Positions 41,927 through 56,990 of a stretch of DNA of 64,000 bases are shown here, one piece after another. The translations under genes and the position numbers were made by a program. The DNA comes from Lama glama (lineage: Eukaryota), in contig CM052817.1 of the NCBI GenBank assembly GCA_028534125.1, forward strand, positions 71,302,001-71,366,000, given 5' to 3'. The notes under the pieces were generated by a model. That model did not search any database, had not been told where the DNA came from, and worked only from the letters and a program-made list of their open reading frames with translations. Position 1 is the stretch's first letter, and each line of letters opens with the position of its first letter.

Positions 41927-42440
41927 TGTAACCAAGCAGGACCCCATGGGACCTCCTAGGGTTGAGGGTAGGGGGGTGGGGGGAAGAGACCCCTCCCCCA
42001 TATCCTCTGCTTTAGCTCCTCTCTGTAGGAGGTAGATAGCAGTATCTGATGCACATTTCCTGAGTTGTTTCACAGTTCCTAAAACTCCCACCAAATGGAA
42101 GAAGTTAACTACTTGGTGACCATGAGCACGAAGCCCCCAGACCTACTGGCACCTAAGAATTGATCGTGTTAACCCCTGTGACACTGCCCTGTTACCTCAC
42201 CATCAACCAGAGAATTGTGCATGAGCTGATCACAGACCCAGGGACATCCTTCCCTCAACTTCCTTTAAAAAGTGCTTTGCTGAAACCCATCTGGGAGTTC
42301 GGGCTTTTGAGCACTAGCTGTCCCAGAGTCCTTGTGCGGAGCCCTATGATAAGTGCTGCTCTTTCCTTCACCGCAACCCAGTGTTAGTAGATTGGCTTTA
42401 CTGCAAGTGGGTGAGTGGACCCAAGTTTGGTTCAGTAACA
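41927..42440 (+). mobile_element. Solo ERV1-type LTR in EGF intron 1
   Basis: TGTAAC...GTAACA termini; 4-bp TSD ATTT at 41923-41926 and 42441-42444; TATA-like tttaaaa at ~42263. Confidence 0.85.
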
Positions 42441-45400
42441 ATTTAAGTTCCCATCTCCTGGCTCATCTTTCTGGATGTATTATTTCTGAATCACCTGGCT
42501 TCTCTCTCACCTACCCTGAATTTTGCACTAGTGAGTCAGCTGAGAAGAAAGCTGGAATTGCCCAGAAAGTAAATGTGTTGGCTTTTTAAGTCCTGTCATT
42601 GAAAAAAGGAGATGAGGATAGTCTTTTAGAGCAAAATAAAACTTTCTGCACGTAATAAAATCCAGATACCATTCAAGTCAGCCCCCTTGGGAGGGGAATA
42701 AGTGGCCCCTATCAGGAGCCTGCGGTAGGAACAGGTGCAGAGGTGTCAGGCTTTCCTGTACTGGGCCCATCAGTTTGAGTCTATATTCCTTTCTCATGGC
42801 ATCCTGAATTCTGAGGGTCCAGAGCTCTGTTTCCTCTCTCTTTGCCCTGCGAGCCTTCTTCAGTCTGTCTCCAGACTCAGAGCAGGGAACCCGTGGTGGT
42901 GAGGGCAGGTGGTAGTGTCGGCCTGAGAGAAGACTAAGATGTCTTGTTAATCTGGTTGCCAGTATCGTTTATGTGGTAACTAGATCCCAAGAGCTTTTGC
43001 CCCCAAGACCTGAAGAAGACAATTTTTCTTCTCACTTACCTGTGTGGGGTCACTCTCCCAGACTCAGAGCAGATGAGGAGATGCTGGTTGTGAAATATTC
43101 TGTTTCTGCCACCCCACCTGCCGCTTCAGTCAAAGCCTGCTTTTCATACTTGCCCTCTGTGCCACAGAGGCCTGGGTTCTTTGCAGTCACTAATAGGAAC
43201 CTTCAATGTGCTCCAAACATTCTGGGCTCCTTTCTAATTCCTCAAGATCCCCTGCGAATCCCCAGGCTGAGAAGTCAGAGGTTCCAGTTGATTTGCTTGT
43301 CTTGTTTGCTGTCTTTGGGTCCATACTCCTTAGAAGTGGTTTGATTTTCTGGGCACGTCCCTCTCACCGAACTGCACCCAAAACAAATGCTGTAAGTTTT
43401 GACATAGGAAGGTTTAGCTGTTCAAACATGCACACCCTGCTGACATTCAAAGCCACTGATTGTACCACACACTGGTGTGTGTAGTCTTTGACAGGTCTGA
43501 AAAAACACTAACGTACTTACCATTTCTAGCAGTAGTACAGACTAATGACTTTCACCAGGCTTAATTCTGTCTTTCATTTTCTTTTATATCATATTATTGT
43601 TCATTTTCACATATACTTAGCCCAGCCCTGGTTTACACAAAGTGATGCTGACATTGTAGGAACAATGTTTTGATGGAAGTGGAGTTAAAATCAGTTATAA
43701 AAGTAAAATGAAGATTGTAAGGTCTTGACACATAACAACCCAGACCAAGGGAGAAAAGAGTAGTGAACTGGGAGGAGAGTATCTGGGTTCGAATTCCAAC
43801 TCTACCACCAACTCTCGGTGGGACTTTGGGAAGCATCACTGAATTTCCTCATCTGAACTAGAGCTATTATTTCCAAATCCACCAAGATATAAGAATCACC
43901 TGGATTGTCTAGTCAAAAAACAGATTCGTAGTACTCAGTCCAGCCTTACTGAATTGGAATCTCCAGGGAAGGGATCTGTAAAAGATGCACAAACACACAG
44001 CACCCTGTGTGATTCTTTTGAACCAACGATTCTGGGAAAAACTGAACTGGGTAATGACTAGGGTATTCCAGTTTTAAGAGGCTATGATGAAACTCTGGGT
44101 GCTACAACGTGAGTGAGTGAGAAAATCTGAAGATAAAATGTATTAGTGATTCATACTTAATATTTCTATAAATATTTGGGTTTTTTGAAAATCTATTGAA
44201 GTTAATGCTATGGTTTGTGTTTTATGGATCTAAGTATTTTTCAAATTTCTCTTCTCTTTGATTCATTGACTATAATATCTGGCCTATCTAGCCCATGGTA
44301 TTATATTAAGGATAAAAGAGATCAGGATGTGAAAGTTTGCTGTTATTATTATTGTTGGTTTTTTTTTTTAGTAAAACAACTACCATAGGATAGATTCTGA
44401 TTTTAGAATTTGATAGATCTGCTAGTGTCTGTGGCTTTGTTCTTATTGGTAAAGAGCCCAGGTGAATAAACAAAACACAGTAATTTCTTCCTTCATTTAT
44501 TAATTTAGTAAAATATTTGGGGTACTCATCATGTACAAAGCAATGTGCTGTGTACTGTCTAAAATGTTTAAAGTGCCTTTCCTTTTCCCTTTTTTAACCT
44601 GGAAACTTCCCATTTAGTAATGACTTGGAATGACTCAAATATTTTATTGGTTTCATCAATGTATCAGTGCATTAGAAAATTAAATATGTGTTGAGCACAT
44701 ATATTCAATTTATATAGAATGTATGACACCCATTTCAAAGAAAGGTCTCCTGGCAATAAATCCACAGGCCAGCAGCAATCTGTAGCCCACAGGTTAGTAG
44801 CTACCTGTTTAGGGTGTCTGTTCCTCTGCCTTCCTTTTCTCCCTGGTACACTGCTATAGGAGAAATGAGTTACAGCAACATTCTAGTCCATGGGTTCAAA
44901 TCTGAACGTTGGCACAACCCCACACAGTGAGACCTTGGTTGTGGGAATAAGCGATGGTAAATTACATTTGTGTTGTGCCTCACAAATAAAGTACTTCCAT
45001 GCCTCTAATTTCATTTTCTTTCCCCAATAGTGCTCTGATATGGGCTGGGGAGGTCCTGTGAGATGTCCAAGAAACTAGTGGAGCCAAGACCGGAAACCAG
45101 GCCTCCTGGCTCTCTGTTTAATGCCTCTTCCATTTCTTCTGTGACACTCCTGATTCTACAGTTAGAATGGCAATGGAGAATGGGCTGTCCTACATGTCTG
45201 TGCAGGGGGTCTTGGGTTGTGGAAAAGACACCGGAAGAGTGATTTGAGCTAATTCTCTTCGACATTTATGCTGGTGCCCATTTCATACTCTCACGATCTT
45301 ACACTTCCCCCTTCCTCTTCCATCTCTATTCCAGTAGATCCTCTGAAGTGGAGCTACTGTTTTCTGACTCTAGAACATAATCCCTGAGTAAGAGGATATT

Positions 45401-45871
45401 AGTCCATCATCTTTTTAAATCCTTAGAAGAGTAAACACATTCAGTATGTCACATTAAAGTATTAAAGTTTAATGTTAAAACAGAATGGAGTAAGCCCCAC
45501 AGGGCAGTGAGAATATGTAGGACTTCTCCGATCTCCCACTCATCCCAGTGGTTAACTGGAACAGTTATCGAAAGGCAGAGTGGCAGAGGCCTCCTCACCC
45601 TCAGTCAGTAAAGACCAAGGAAACTAACCTGGCTGCAGGGATGAAACTGTCCACTGATATCGATCGTCTTAGAACATCAAAGGCAAGCTCTGTGTGGAGC
45701 TGGCCTGTGCTGAGGTTTCCAAAGAGAGATATCAGGTTCCCAAGCAGGTGTTGAGGACTTGGGAGTCAGAGTGGGTAGGTGGCCATCACCTGGAACAGGA
45801 CAGGACCTCAGGTATAGGGTTAGGATACAGGGCAAGGCCCTGCAGGAATCAAGAAATTCAGTGAGGTCCAC

Positions 45872-46025
45872 CACTCAGATTTGGCAAATAAAAATACAGG
45901 GCATTTGACTACTTGAATTTTGAATTTCAGGTAAACAGTGAACAATATTTTAGTGTAAGGATGTCCCATGCAATACATGTGCAATTCAGATTTAATTGGG
46001 AGTCTTATATTTTACGTGGCAATGC
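45872..46025. mobile_element. MER53-like hAT element
   Basis: cagatttggcaaataaaaatacagg...gaatttcag...tatattttacgtggcaa with an internal inverted arrangement. Confidence 0.7.
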
Positions 46026-46267
46026 AAACAGGGACAAAATATTTCAGCGCTTTCATGGACAGCATTTCGATTTTTCCTGCTTCTACTTAAGACCTCTAGT
46101 TTTCACCATCTTCTGTCACTATGCTGGAGGCTCTGTTCATAAGGTAAGACTAGGGGAGGTGGAAATCCATTTCCAAAATGATAATATCTGTAATTTTACT
46201 TCTGATTTACATAGTTAAATTTTACATTCATACAGTCTCTCTCTGCAATAGGATACAGTATGTGGTT

Positions 46268-46545
46268 TCTTTTTTTTTTTAATTAAATTATAGTCGGTTT
46301 ACAATGTTGTGTTAATTTCTGGTGTACAGCACAGTGATTTATTTATATATACATATATACATCCCTTTCATATTCTTTTTCATTATACACCATTACAAGG
46401 TATTGAATATAGTTCTCTATGCTATACAGTAGAACCTTGCTGTTTATCTATTCTATATATAGTAGTTAGTATCTGCAAATCTCAATCTCCCAATTTATTC
46501 CTCCCTGTCCCGTTTTCCCTCGGTAACCATAAGTTTGTTTTCTTT
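46268..46545 (-). mobile_element. Antisense L1 3' end
   Basis: Poly-T, then reverse complement of the L1 3' UTR seen at 11740-12000. Confidence 0.88.
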
Positions 46546-46813
46546 TTGAACATGAAATAACACTTAATAGATAAGCTAGAAAGTGTCTTTCTCTTCAAAT
46601 AGTTATTTTTTCATAATCTGGCATTGTTCATCTCCTACAATCAATTTGTGGAGAAAATGATTTACAAAATTAATTGTGAACCTCTACAGGAACTCTTTAT
46701 TCTCTACACAATGTTATTTATTTAAAATGTAAAAGCAAGACTTAAAAATTAAATCTGCTTGTGCTGTTTGTCATAGGGAAGTGTTTTGTCTAAATCAGAT
46801 AAAACATCACTGA

Positions 46814-47083
<270 letters not shown>

Positions 47084-47363
47084 TGAACAGGCTGTCAAAT
47101 ATGATATAGCAAATTCATGACATACAGTAAATGAAAATTACAATTCCAATGTGTGTCTGGCACATAGAAGTATTTATTTAATTTGCACCTGTGGTGTCAT
47201 GTTACTGAACCAGCCCTTGAATATGGCATTGATATTCAGAAGCCTCCAAAAGGAGAAAGTCAGGATGTCAATGTAATTTTGAAAATATGCAAGTTTATTA
47301 ATAAATAAGTGAGATCACCACGTTATGGTTAAAACAGATTACTTACATGATTATTTTCTACTC

Positions 47364-47592
47364 CTGTGGTTCTCAGCTGGGAGCAGTTTTGTCCCTCAGG
47401 GAGCACTTGGCAATGTCCAGGAACATTTTTGGTTGTCACAACTAGACTGGGGAGAACAGAGGATGTGCTACTAGCGTCTAGTGGGCAGAGGCCAGGGATG
47501 CTGTTAAACATCCTACAAATTGTAAGACAGTCCCTCACAACAAGGAATTATCTGGCCCAAAAGGTCAATCATGCAGAGATTGAGAAACCCTG
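47364..47592. mobile_element. MER20-like hAT-Charlie element
   Basis: ctgtggttctca...ttggcaatgtc...ttttggttgtcacaac...gaggccagggatgctg...gagaaaccctg. Confidence 0.85.
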
Positions 47593-48294
47593 TTTTATCT
47601 GTTTCAAATCTCTCATGGGTTTTCGTACCTGATATTTAGGAAGAAAAAAAAAACTTTTCTTTTTCTTCTCAAGGTATTTGCACTCTGGAAAGGACTAGTA
47701 AAGCAGATGATAGGTATAAAATACTTTGCTTCAAGCACTTTCAAAAGATCTCTAATCTCTCTTTCTAATCAGTAGAACCCTTAAATGAGTCCCAGCAAAA
47801 ATGTTCTATTCCAGGGAGATGGATTACAGAGAGCAGGTGATGAGAGAAACCTTAAGCATTTATTCTCAACACAAAGTGCCCACTGTTTGTTTTTTGTCTT
47901 ATTTTGTTTTTTTTTAAACAAAGCCTTCTCCCTCCACTTATTCTTAAAGCCTTCAATTAGGCGCTAATCTGTTTGATCAAATCGCTAATACTTGGCTAAT
48001 TTCACTTTTAACAAAGATGGCTACTCATTCCTCTCCAGCCATCTGTAGAACAGTTTTGAAATCTTGAGTTGAAGAATCTGGAGGGTGTCCTGTCAGGGAA
48101 TAGGAAAAAAACCATTAAATAGCTGTGAATTTATGGCAAGTCATTAGGGAAGAATTGGCCTGAAGTCTAAAATCCACTGGTGTTAGTCCCTCCTTTGGGT
48201 TACAACATCGCTATGAAGGACAACCCTTAAAAGGCAGTTTACCTGGGTGAACTGATACATTAGCGAAGGGTTAAATGGACTGGTTAGATCACGT

Positions 48295-48500
48295 CCTGTG
48301 CGGTGCAGGATAGCACAGAGTCCTGAGACTGTTCGAGCTGTGCCCAGCTCCACATTCGATGATGTCAGGCTGGTTGCTGAAAACCCGTGATTGTGGGAGT
48401 ACTTCCATCACGGAAATCTGCCACGATGCAGATCGGGGCTTCGCCTCATCTCACACCCCCCGCCCACCGAGAGGACCGGTGTATCTGTACACTCCGGAGT
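48295..48500. mobile_element. MER63-like hAT relic
   Basis: cccagctccacattcgatgatgtca...gtgggagtacttccatcacggaaat resembles MER63; explains the local CpG excess. Confidence 0.5.
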
Positions 48501-49109
48501 TAGGAGATAACTAAGGTTTGGTTCAATTGTAAACACTGCTCAGGAGGCATAAAAAACAGTCCTGCTATTGGAACCACAGGGTCATAGCCTGAGGGCACTG
48601 AGGACTTGTAGAAAGTGGGAGTGGGGCTGGAGGGGGCAGAGCCAGAGAAAAGTGGGGTCCCTATGGAGAAATCAATCTGCTTCAGGCCCCAATGCACAAA
48701 CTCGAAGGGAGTCTTGCCAGAATTTGGCAAAGCTTGGAACTGGGTTCACATAAGAATCTTGAAAATTCCTTTAGTAAATGGAATTGAAAAAACTGCCTTT
48801 AAGGTACCATTAACATTCCACTGTTACTATTATTGAAACTACTAATATATTATGGCTGATTGCTTAATTTCAATAAGTATAGAATAAATTTTCATTTCAA
48901 AGCTGTGATATAAATACATGCCCAGAAGTATTCACATGGGAGGATGAGCACTGCTGCGTCCAAACAATGGCACCGTATCTGTGAGGAGTTTATCATTTAA
49001 ATAATTTTGGGAATGCACAAAAATGACAAGTACTTAAAAGAATAGAACTTGAGACATAACAATAAAAACAATTTTGTTGTGAATAGGATAATATTAATAA
49101 TAATTTTAA

Positions 49110-49307
<198 letters not shown>

Positions 49308-49614
49308 TAAATTCTGCTGGTTTTGGACATCGACATATATTTCAAAACCTGATGAAAATTCATGGAATCGTAACATTTTGAAGTCAAGAGGACCTCCTCA
49401 TTGAGACCAAGGCCCTTATTTGTGGTACACAACACCATTTTCAATAGGGTGGTTGCCTGGATTTGAACTCAGGCATGCGCCCCGTAACAATAGCACTCTT
49501 GACTATCATGGTTTCCTGCTATAAAAGCATAATTCTCCTTCTAACTTGAAATCACGTGAAATTGCCGTAGCAGGGCAATAAATGTTTGTTGAATTGAATT
49601 TTCATTCAAAATAG

Positions 49615-49950
<336 letters not shown>

Positions 49951-50163
49951 TAAGTTTTGCTTTTGGTATAAAATAAAACAATTGCTATTTGAAGTTAGTG
50001 GGATAAATTAATTTTACTTTTGTCGTCTAAACTGGTGTAGTGGTTTAGCACAGATTCTGGAGTCCAAAGGACTTGCGTTGAAGTCCCATATTTATTGTTT
50101 ATTAGATGAGTGACTTGGGCAGGGTACCTGACTTCCCTCATCCTCAGTTTCCTTTAATGTGGA

Positions 50164-50650
50164 TGTTGGAAGGTTGGGGGAACGAAAAGTGCCCACCGAA
50201 CTGAGAGGTATCTTGAGATGGAAAAACAAGGTAGGCGGCTCCACATAATCAATGGATCAGTTTATTACAGGGTAACTTATAGGGTGAGATCAGGCAATGA
50301 TCTGGAAGAACTCGCAGCTGCACTCGGCATAGCCGAGGGGTCAGTGGGACAATTTTACCGTTAACCGAGGGTATGGGGGTAAGTGCATTCCTCAGTCTAG
50401 ATTTTGTGAATGGGTAACTAGCCTTATGGGTGCTGGAAATACTTCAGCGAAGGTTTACATTATTGTTTGGGGACTACTGAGCACAGAGGTCACCATATCC
50501 TAATGATTGTTAAATAATATCTATTTACTACAAAGCCTTTGACAATTGAGAAGTGACTTACCACACAGTATAGTCCCAGGTAGGCTCAGCAGAAAGACAG
50601 CAGGAACTGAACGGGCCCAAGATGGCTTCAGTTAAGCCAACAGCCATACA
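50164..50650 (-). mobile_element. Solo LTR (copy A) inserted into a MIR in EGF intron 4
   Basis: TG...CA termini; AATAAA on the minus strand (~50261); MIR halves resume on both sides (cctcagtttcc / atggggataataatagtacc); homologous to copy B. Confidence 0.85.
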
Positions 50651-51107
50651 ATGGGGATAATAATAGTACCTACTTCTTGGGGTTATTGTGAAGATTTAGT
50701 AAGGAAATGCCAATAAAAATAATTAACAGAATATTTGGCATATAATAAAATTTTCACATGCTGGTTATAGTTATTCTTTTTGGAATTATTATATCATATG
50801 TTTTGTGAAGTGTCTGTCTTTCATTTGATTTGCTATCTTGCCAGCAACTGACTGTAGACTGGCAAGAGGCAGAAATTAGGCATACTAAATTGACAAAACC
50901 AGAAGTCCACTCTTATCCTGTTCTTATTTTCTTCCCTGTTTTATTTTCATCACAAGTATGCGCTGAGTAGCAAAAGAATGAGGCAATGGATCTGGAGCTA
51001 GAAAATTAATTCCTATTAATTCAGATTGTGGCTATATAAATAAAAATTTAAACTTAATATCTGTTTCTAACCCCAAATAAGAATCAGTTGAAAAGGTAGG
51101 TGATTAA

Positions 51108-51215
51108 GGGGAAGGTTAATAGCTCAGTAGTGGACTGCTTGCTTAGCATGCACGAGGGCCTGAGTTCACTCCCCAGTACCTCCATTGAAAAAAAAAAAGA
51201 AAAACAAAAAGAAAA
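51108..51215 (+). mobile_element. tRNA-derived SINE with TSD just upstream of EGF exon 5
   Basis: 17-bp TSD aaaaggYaggtgattaa at 51091-51107 and 51216-51232. Confidence 0.9.
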
Positions 51216-51272
51216 AAAAGGCAGGTGATTAAAATTCAGACAATAAATTGATATGAAGTGAAACTTTAATAA

Positions 51273-51590
<318 letters not shown>

Positions 51591-52392
51591 TAGACACTTA
51601 GTGTCTTGATTCCTCCCACTGCCTCACACCTAATTTCCAACCTACCACCAAGTCCTTTCCATTCGACCTCCTAAATACATCTCAGATGTCCGTTTCCCTC
51701 CTCTACTGCCACCACCATGGTCCAAACAGCCAGCATATCTTGTCTGGCTTATTGTAGCAGCCACTGAATTAATCTTTCTGTTTTCTCCTCTTGCCTTAAA
51801 AGAGGAACTCCGATCTATTAACTCCCCTGCTTAAAATCCTTCAAAAGCTTTTCTTTTGCATTTAGATCAGAATTGATCATTTTACCAGTCCTATCAATAA
51901 CTGGCCAACTTGAGCTAGCATCCTCTCCTCCCCTCACTGACTCTAACCCAGGTTTTCCTAGAGTTCCTCAGACATGCCAGGCTTCTTCGTGCCTTTGGGA
52001 TTTTGCAGTCACTGTCTCTCTGCTAGACTTCTCTTCAGTCCTGAGCTTAAATGTCATGTCCTCGGATAGGTCGTCTGAGTAAAGTAGGCTCCTTCACCCC
52101 CCATTTGCCTTCCAGTATATACCCTTCATTGAACTCATCAAATGGATAGTTACGTATTACTTTGCTTTCGTTTTGATTTTCTCTCTCACTTGATTATAAA
52201 TGCCATGCAGGCAGGGATCATGTCTGATGGATTGATTGATTGAGTGAATGATGATTTGAACCACCCTCTATTCAGTGGTTATGATTTATTTATAAAGAAC
52301 TTTAGACAACATTAGTAAAATGAATGGATTAACTGAATCTAGTCATGGTTCTAAATTTCTACTTTCAAATGTAGTCTTCTCTGTTTGAATTC

Positions 52393-52861
52393 TGTTGGAG
52401 GATGGAGGAACCAAAAAGTACCCACTGAACTGAGGAGGCATCATAAGATGGAAAAATGAGGCAGGTGGCTCCACATAATCAATAGATCAGTTTATTACAG
52501 GATAACCTACTCAGGGTGGGATCGGGTAGACAGTGATCCGGAAGCACTCACAACTGTACTCCACACTGCCGAGGGGCCGCTGGGACCATTTTGTAGTTAA
52601 CCGAGGGTATGGGGGAAGTGGGTAGAAACAGGATTTATCAATGGGTAACTGGCCTTGGGTGCTGGGAATATGTCAGGGAAGATTTTCATCATTGGGAAGT
52701 AACAAGCATAGAGGCTACCTGGTCCTCATGATTGTTAACTACAAAGCCCTTGATGACAGAGAAGTGATTCACTGTACAGCACGGTACTGAGGAGGGTCAG
52801 TGGAAGGACAGGAGAAACTGTCAGGGCCCAAGATGGTGTCCATTATGCAAACAGCCATACA
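52393..52861 (-). mobile_element. Solo LTR (copy B) in EGF intron 5
   Basis: TG...CA termini; perfect 5-bp TSD AATTC at 52388-52392 and 52862-52866; same family as copy A. Confidence 0.9.
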
Positions 52862-53719
52862 AATTCCTTTGCGTGTAATTTTTTTTAGGTAGGCTGCTTC
52901 CATATGGCTTATATCCCACATAAATGATGTCACAGTAACATCTGCCTTTATATAAACATTTTATTTTAAGAAGGCTTTAAGACATATTTAATTTTATTTG
53001 CAACTAGCCTTGTGAGTTTCCAAAGCAAAGATGAAATTGTTTGTTTTCTTTTCTTCCTCATTGTTAGATGCCACTAGGGTTTGGTAATAGTGTGGGACAT
53101 GGTGGGGACTATGAGTCCCTCCCACAATTAGTATATAAATGTGTTTGCACATCACTCCTGACAAGAGCTGTGGAGACCAAACAGGAGAACAGGCTTGAGA
53201 TTGTCAAAGTGAGACAGACTCTAGGGGCAATTGGTATTGTTATTTCTTATATCCTCAGGCAAGTAACTAATAGTATAAATACTTTTTATCTGATTTCTTT
53301 AAAAACTTAGGTAGAAACTATATTTTAACTTGTGTAGTGACTACTTTCAATGCAAGAAATGAGAAACTGCCAAGAATAAAATAAATTCCAAGAGGTGAAG
53401 TATTTGTTCAGATAAGTTGTTTTTTAAAAATTCACTTATTTGAATTTATAAAGCAAGAACTGTAGGAAACAATTCAGTTGTGGCTTGCAGCACAACATTA
53501 AAGAGCAACAACTTCATGGCAAGAATATAAAATAGATGGTGACCATATTCCATACATAAAGGCAGTGAAGCTGATATACTGCCAGATACCTTCCAGGGGA
53601 AATTTTGACTCAAGCTCAAATACAACTCATTGTGCAAGTGGTGATGACTTACAACAAAATTAGAACCAACAACTACTGTGAATAAAGATTACTGAGTCTC
53701 ATTCATAATAGTTATAGAT

Positions 53720-53755
53720 ATCATCATCATCATCATCATCATCATTATCATCATC
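53720..53755 (+). repeat. (CAT)n microsatellite
   Basis: Read directly from the sequence. Confidence 0.95.
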
Positions 53756-53819
53756 TCATACATTTACATCTATCCTCATAGTTTCTAAAGTATTTCCATG
53801 GGCATTATCTTATTTTGTA

Positions 53820-53980
53820 GCACAGGGAACAATATTCAATTATTCAATATCTTGTAATATACCATAATGGAAAAGAAGATGAAAAGGAATATATATGTGT
53901 ATATATATGTATAACTGAATCATTTTGCTGTACACCAGAAACTAACACAATAGTGTAAACCAACTATACTTCAAAAAAAC
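53820..53980 (+). mobile_element. Short L1 3'-end fragment
   Basis: cacagggaac...ataactgaatcattttgctgtacaccagaaactaacaca...tacttcaaaaaaa. Confidence 0.85.
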
Positions 53981-54060
53981 AGTCCAGTCTCTTCATTTAA
54001 TCGGTCACAGGGCTCCCTTTTCATTTCTCAGCCTCCTCCCTCACCATTGTCTTTCCTCTT

Positions 54061-54150
54061 CTTTTTTTAAAAATGGTGATACTGGGGATTGAACCCAGGA
54101 TCTCATGCATGCTAAGTTCACACTCTACCACTGAGCTGTACCCTCACACC
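54061..54150 (-). mobile_element. tRNA-derived SINE
   Basis: atactggggattgaacccagg...ctctaccactgagctgtaccc. Confidence 0.85.
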
Positions 54151-55473
54151 TCTCTCCTCACTTTCTGCTTCACAGTATGGGCTGCAGCCATCCTCAAAGC
54201 TTTGATTTCCTCCAAAGAGGCACACTTGCTCTCTCCCCCAGCCTCTTGGCATGCTCAGGAACACTCTTTCTCCTTCTCTGCACTGACTTGCTCTTTTCAT
54301 CCTCTTATAAACAGCTCTGATGTCACCTCTTTCAGGAATACCTTCCCTGATCTCCCTACGCTGAGCCTCAGTAGCTGTTCTCAGAGAACATCAGACTTCC
54401 TCTGTCACAGGGCACTTACCATACCTTGCCGTAATTGTGTCTTCCTAAACTTCCTTAGTCCTATGAGGACAGAGAATATAACTCTCCATTGTAGTCCCAG
54501 TCCGGGGAAACATTTAATAAACAATAGTTGAAAAAAAAAGAATTAAAAAACACACTTTGGCACCCTCTCCCCTAAGTAATACCATGAGGAACAATTTCTA
54601 AGGATATTTAGTATCTGAGTGCACGTTGCCTTCCTTACATGTTATGAGCCCTACCCTTGCGCTTGGCCAGAATGATCCTTTTTGTGTATTATGAGTACAT
54701 CCCAATGTTTTAAATCAATTTTCTCTGCAGCAGGTCTTTGCAGCTTAACTCTCACTATGCTCCAGAGCCTTTTTCTTATTTCTTTCAATTAATTGGTCTA
54801 GGTTTCAGGAAAAGGGTCTGGGCTAGAAGTAATAGATTTGGTAGAGACATGGGCTGCAGCATGTGCTGCAGTAAAATAGGAAAATAGCCCAGGTTGTATT
54901 GCTCTTAGAAAGAATAGTAATGCTCTGGGCTTTTCCTACATTGTCTCATTTAATCTTCATAACAACCCTACAAATTAAGTGTGATTATTAGTACCATTTT
55001 ATAGATTAAAAAGCTGAGGTTCAGAGATGTCACAATTGCTTGTTCAAGGTCTCACTGGGGCAGACTTGGGATCTGAACCCAGGCAGACTGACACCTTGCT
55101 GCCTCCTAGCTACATTCTCACTATTGTCTATCATTTCATATCTTAGATTTGCCTTAATTGTTTTGGAAAAACTTGTAATTTGGCATCTTCTTGTCTATCC
55201 ATGGCCTCCTGGTAATTAAAAGCTTCAGTTTGCACAGGTCATGGGGCCAAAACTTTATTTCTCTCTCTTCTAAAAAATGTTTTTCATTTCAGGAACTCAG
55301 AAAATCAACTTTTCCCTCTCCCCCCACTTCCGGCCCCCGCCTCGCCCCCCCCCCACCACGTTCCTCCCCTGGCTACCTGAAAAGAGACACAGGCTTGATC
55401 TCACGTTTTTGTTGGCAGGATTAAACTTATTAGGCAGCAGTGCTCTCCTGGCTGCCCTGACACCCATACTATT

Positions 55474-55787
55474 ACTGTCATCCTTCAGTATCTGTGGGGA
55501 TATATTCTAGGACTCCTGCCCAGCTAAAATCTGAGGATGCTCAAGTCCCTTATATAAACTAGTATAGTATTTGAATATTACCTAACATTGTCCTTTATAC
55601 TTTAAATCGTCACTGTATTGCTTTAATACCTAACACAATGTAAATACTAAGTAAATAGTTGCTGACACAAGGTAAATTCAAACTTTGCTTCTTGGAACTT
55701 CCTGGAATTTTTTTTAAAGCATATTTTCCATCCATGGTTGGTTGAATCTGTAGATGTGGAACTCATGGATACAAAAGGCAGACTGTA
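55474..55787 (+). mobile_element. MER2/Tigger-type element
   Basis: ctgtcatccttcagtatc...gatgctcaagtcccttatataaa...ggttggttgaatc...gcagactgta with terminal inverted repeats. Confidence 0.8.
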
Positions 55788-56279
55788 TATGAATCTCAGA
55801 GCCAGAGGGGGAACTTCTCTGCATACAATATTAATGACATTATTTCAAGCTCAACTTCTGGGGATCTTGCAACAAGTTTAACTGCTCACACCAATGTTCT
55901 TTTGTAAAAGGTGCAAATAATTTGCTTTCTTCTGTAATTCTTTAAAATGTAGATTCTGATTTTAAGCTTGTAAGAGACTTTCAAAAGCATATTCTTTGGA
56001 AAGTGAAGGACGTTTATCTTCAACACCATGTAAAATACGTTGCATTCATTTCATGCACAAAAATATTGCTGAATTTCTTTAACTCTGGGAGTTCCTGAGG
56101 GAGAATTGGCTCCACCTAACAGTGTACCTGCTCATGGAAGTGACTCGTGTGGTTAAAGCCGCCCATCTAAATACTTTTAAATACTTGGAATGGCTCTTTG
56201 CCATTTTTCTTTCTTGCAGTTGTCTCTCGCTTCTTGCTGCTTTCCGTATGCCTGGCTGTGGTTTCTGTTAGTTTTCTGA

Positions 56280-56990
56280 GGCTTTTTCCTGCCATTTGTT
56301 TGTTGAGGAATCCAAATTGTTTGTCCCTTAGACTTTTTCACATTCTGGATTTTGCAGATTCTGTCCCTATGATTTCATTTAACATGATTCTGTGTTTCCT
56401 ATAAACTGGTTGTTTTGGCCTGGAAGCCTGGTAAGATTCAGATTTTTTTGCAAGAGTGCTTTATAGATGGTACTGCAGTAGTACGGTATGCTTCCTAGTA
56501 ACCACACCAGAGGGCGTGTAGTGGCTGGTTCTCCGCTTTCTTTGTGATGTTCAAGATTCATCAGTGGTTCAGATGTTGCCAGCCTGGTCCATCTATTGTT
56601 GAGGTTCCTATCAGCCTTTCACATAATGGCTTTATAAGCTACTAATTATCATTGCCTAGAGCTGTTTTTCCATTAGAGGTTCAAAGTCATGACAGTCTAA
56701 ATCTATCATTGCTTATGCCTTCATTAGCTGAAGAACTTTTCCACATCAGCTATGTGATTTCCCTGAGAAGGAACTTGTATAGGAAAGATAGACTAAGTGC
56801 TTAATCTAATCTCTCTCAATTTATCCGTTTTTAGAATAAAGGGTTAGTGTATTCTCCAAAGGTGACCTTTAAAAAAAATCTTTATAAATTCAAAGATGTA
56901 AAAATATTTGATGTTTTTATTCATTGCAGTTACTATCATTTTCACACTCAAATTTTGCCGTCTTTCTCCAGGAGAGGCCCTGATGTGAGG
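56280..56990 (-). mobile_element. Old L1M 3' fragment
   Basis: cacattctggattttgcagatt, cctggtaagattcag, cattgcctaga; related to the fragment at 63050-63590. Confidence 0.55.

Noticed and set aside
54073..54531. 152-aa ORF in EGF intron 5
   Set aside because: Starts within an antisense SINE and continues through L2-like sequence.
55319..55357. C-rich tract (potential G-quadruplex on the minus strand)
   Set aside because: Short and isolated, with no supporting context.
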